From assembly GCA_019114785.1 (NCBI GenBank), contig DXEV01000168.1:2515-66514 (forward strand): a DNA stretch of 64,000 nucleotides. Reading direction: 5' to 3'. The notes under the pieces are model-generated. The model saw only the letters and a program-made list of their open reading frames with translations, was not told where the DNA came from and did not search any database. The position numbers and the translations under genes were made by a program. Below are positions 63,763-64,000 of this stretch, piece by piece. This stretch comes from Candidatus Anaerobiospirillum pullistercoris (lineage in GTDB: Bacteria > Pseudomonadota > Gammaproteobacteria > Enterobacterales > Succinivibrionaceae). Every line of letters starts with the position of its first letter. Position 1 is the stretch's first letter.

Positions 63763-64000
63763 ATGTCAGATGGTGAGCGTCAACGTCAAGATGCAGTGAC
63801 CGATGAAATAGTCCAATATATGCGGGGCATGATCAGCTCTGGTCAATGGCCAGTGGGCTCTAAGATCCCTTCTGAAAATCAACTGCGCTCTACTCTCAAT
63901 GTCTCGCGTACCTCATTGCGCAGTGCCATTATGCAGCTTGCTGCCTTAAATATCTTAAAGGCCAAGCAAGGCATTGGTACTTTCGTTATTGCCCCCATGC
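63763..64000 (+). CDS. GntR-family transcriptional regulator (5' fragment, runs off the window)
   Basis: ATG at 63763 follows AAGGAGAA. 'GSKIPSENQLRSTLNVSRTSLRSAIMQLAALNILKAKQGIGTFV' is the GntR winged-HTH signature. There is no stop codon before the window end. Confidence 0.7.
   Translation, partial: MSDGERQRQDAVTDEIVQYMRGMISSGQWPVGSKIPSENQLRSTLNVSRTSLRSAIMQLAALNILKAKQGIGTFVIAPM

Overview
This is a chromosomal window from a roughly 50% GC, gammaproteobacterium-like genome; I cannot name the taxon from sequence alone. Evidence for that placement is a Na+-NQR operon, pheST, xseB-ispA-dxs synteny, and Pasteurellaceae/Vibrio-like sialic-acid genes.

The core content runs left to right as follows:
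- a GNAT acetyltransferase, pheS-pheT, xseB-ispA-dxs, yajQ and ampG;
- an AAA-ATPase-like/PD-(D/E)xK accessory gene;
- a 1.7-kb gene-free region;
- nqrABCDEF;
- a ~15-kb accessory island;
- a sialic-acid (nan) utilisation cluster: nanQ, and on the minus strand nanM-nanC-nanE-nanA-SSS transporter-nanK, plus an RpiR regulator;
- a large unknown secreted protein, galM, a solitary beta-class DNA methyltransferase and a DeaD-type helicase;
- two tandem Set-family sugar-efflux MFS paralogs, an aldo-keto reductase, an RsmB/NOP2-type RNA methyltransferase and the 5' end of a GntR regulator.

I found no rRNA, tRNA, CRISPR array, integrase or transposase.

The most interesting region is 20.4-35.7 kb, wedged between the nqrF terminator and nanQ. 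It holds five very large genes with no housekeeping character:
- an SF1B Upf1/DNA2-like helicase fused to a DUF559/Vsr-like endonuclease;
- a membrane-anchored coiled-coil repeat protein;
- convergently, an operon encoding a membrane-anchored, ~600-aa coiled-coil McrB-like AAA+ GTPase, a McrC/DUF2357-like protein, and a 1061-aa Hsp70-fold protein with degenerate nucleotide-binding motifs.

I read this as one McrBC-derived defence system. From memory it is closest to the 'coiled-coil nuclease tandem' (CoCoNuT) class, but its membrane anchoring and component mix could not be matched to a described subtype.

Secondary signals:
- an array of GGA-loop hairpins downstream of nanQ, a candidate CsrA/RsmA sponge RNA;
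- a GGGGCGGGCGCT motif confined to the island;
- GCAAC/GTTGC and 11-bp CGACGTCG tandem arrays in promoter regions;
- a recurrent pattern of low-complexity extensions or insertions in housekeeping proteins (XseB, Dxs, AmpG, DeaD, RsmB-like).
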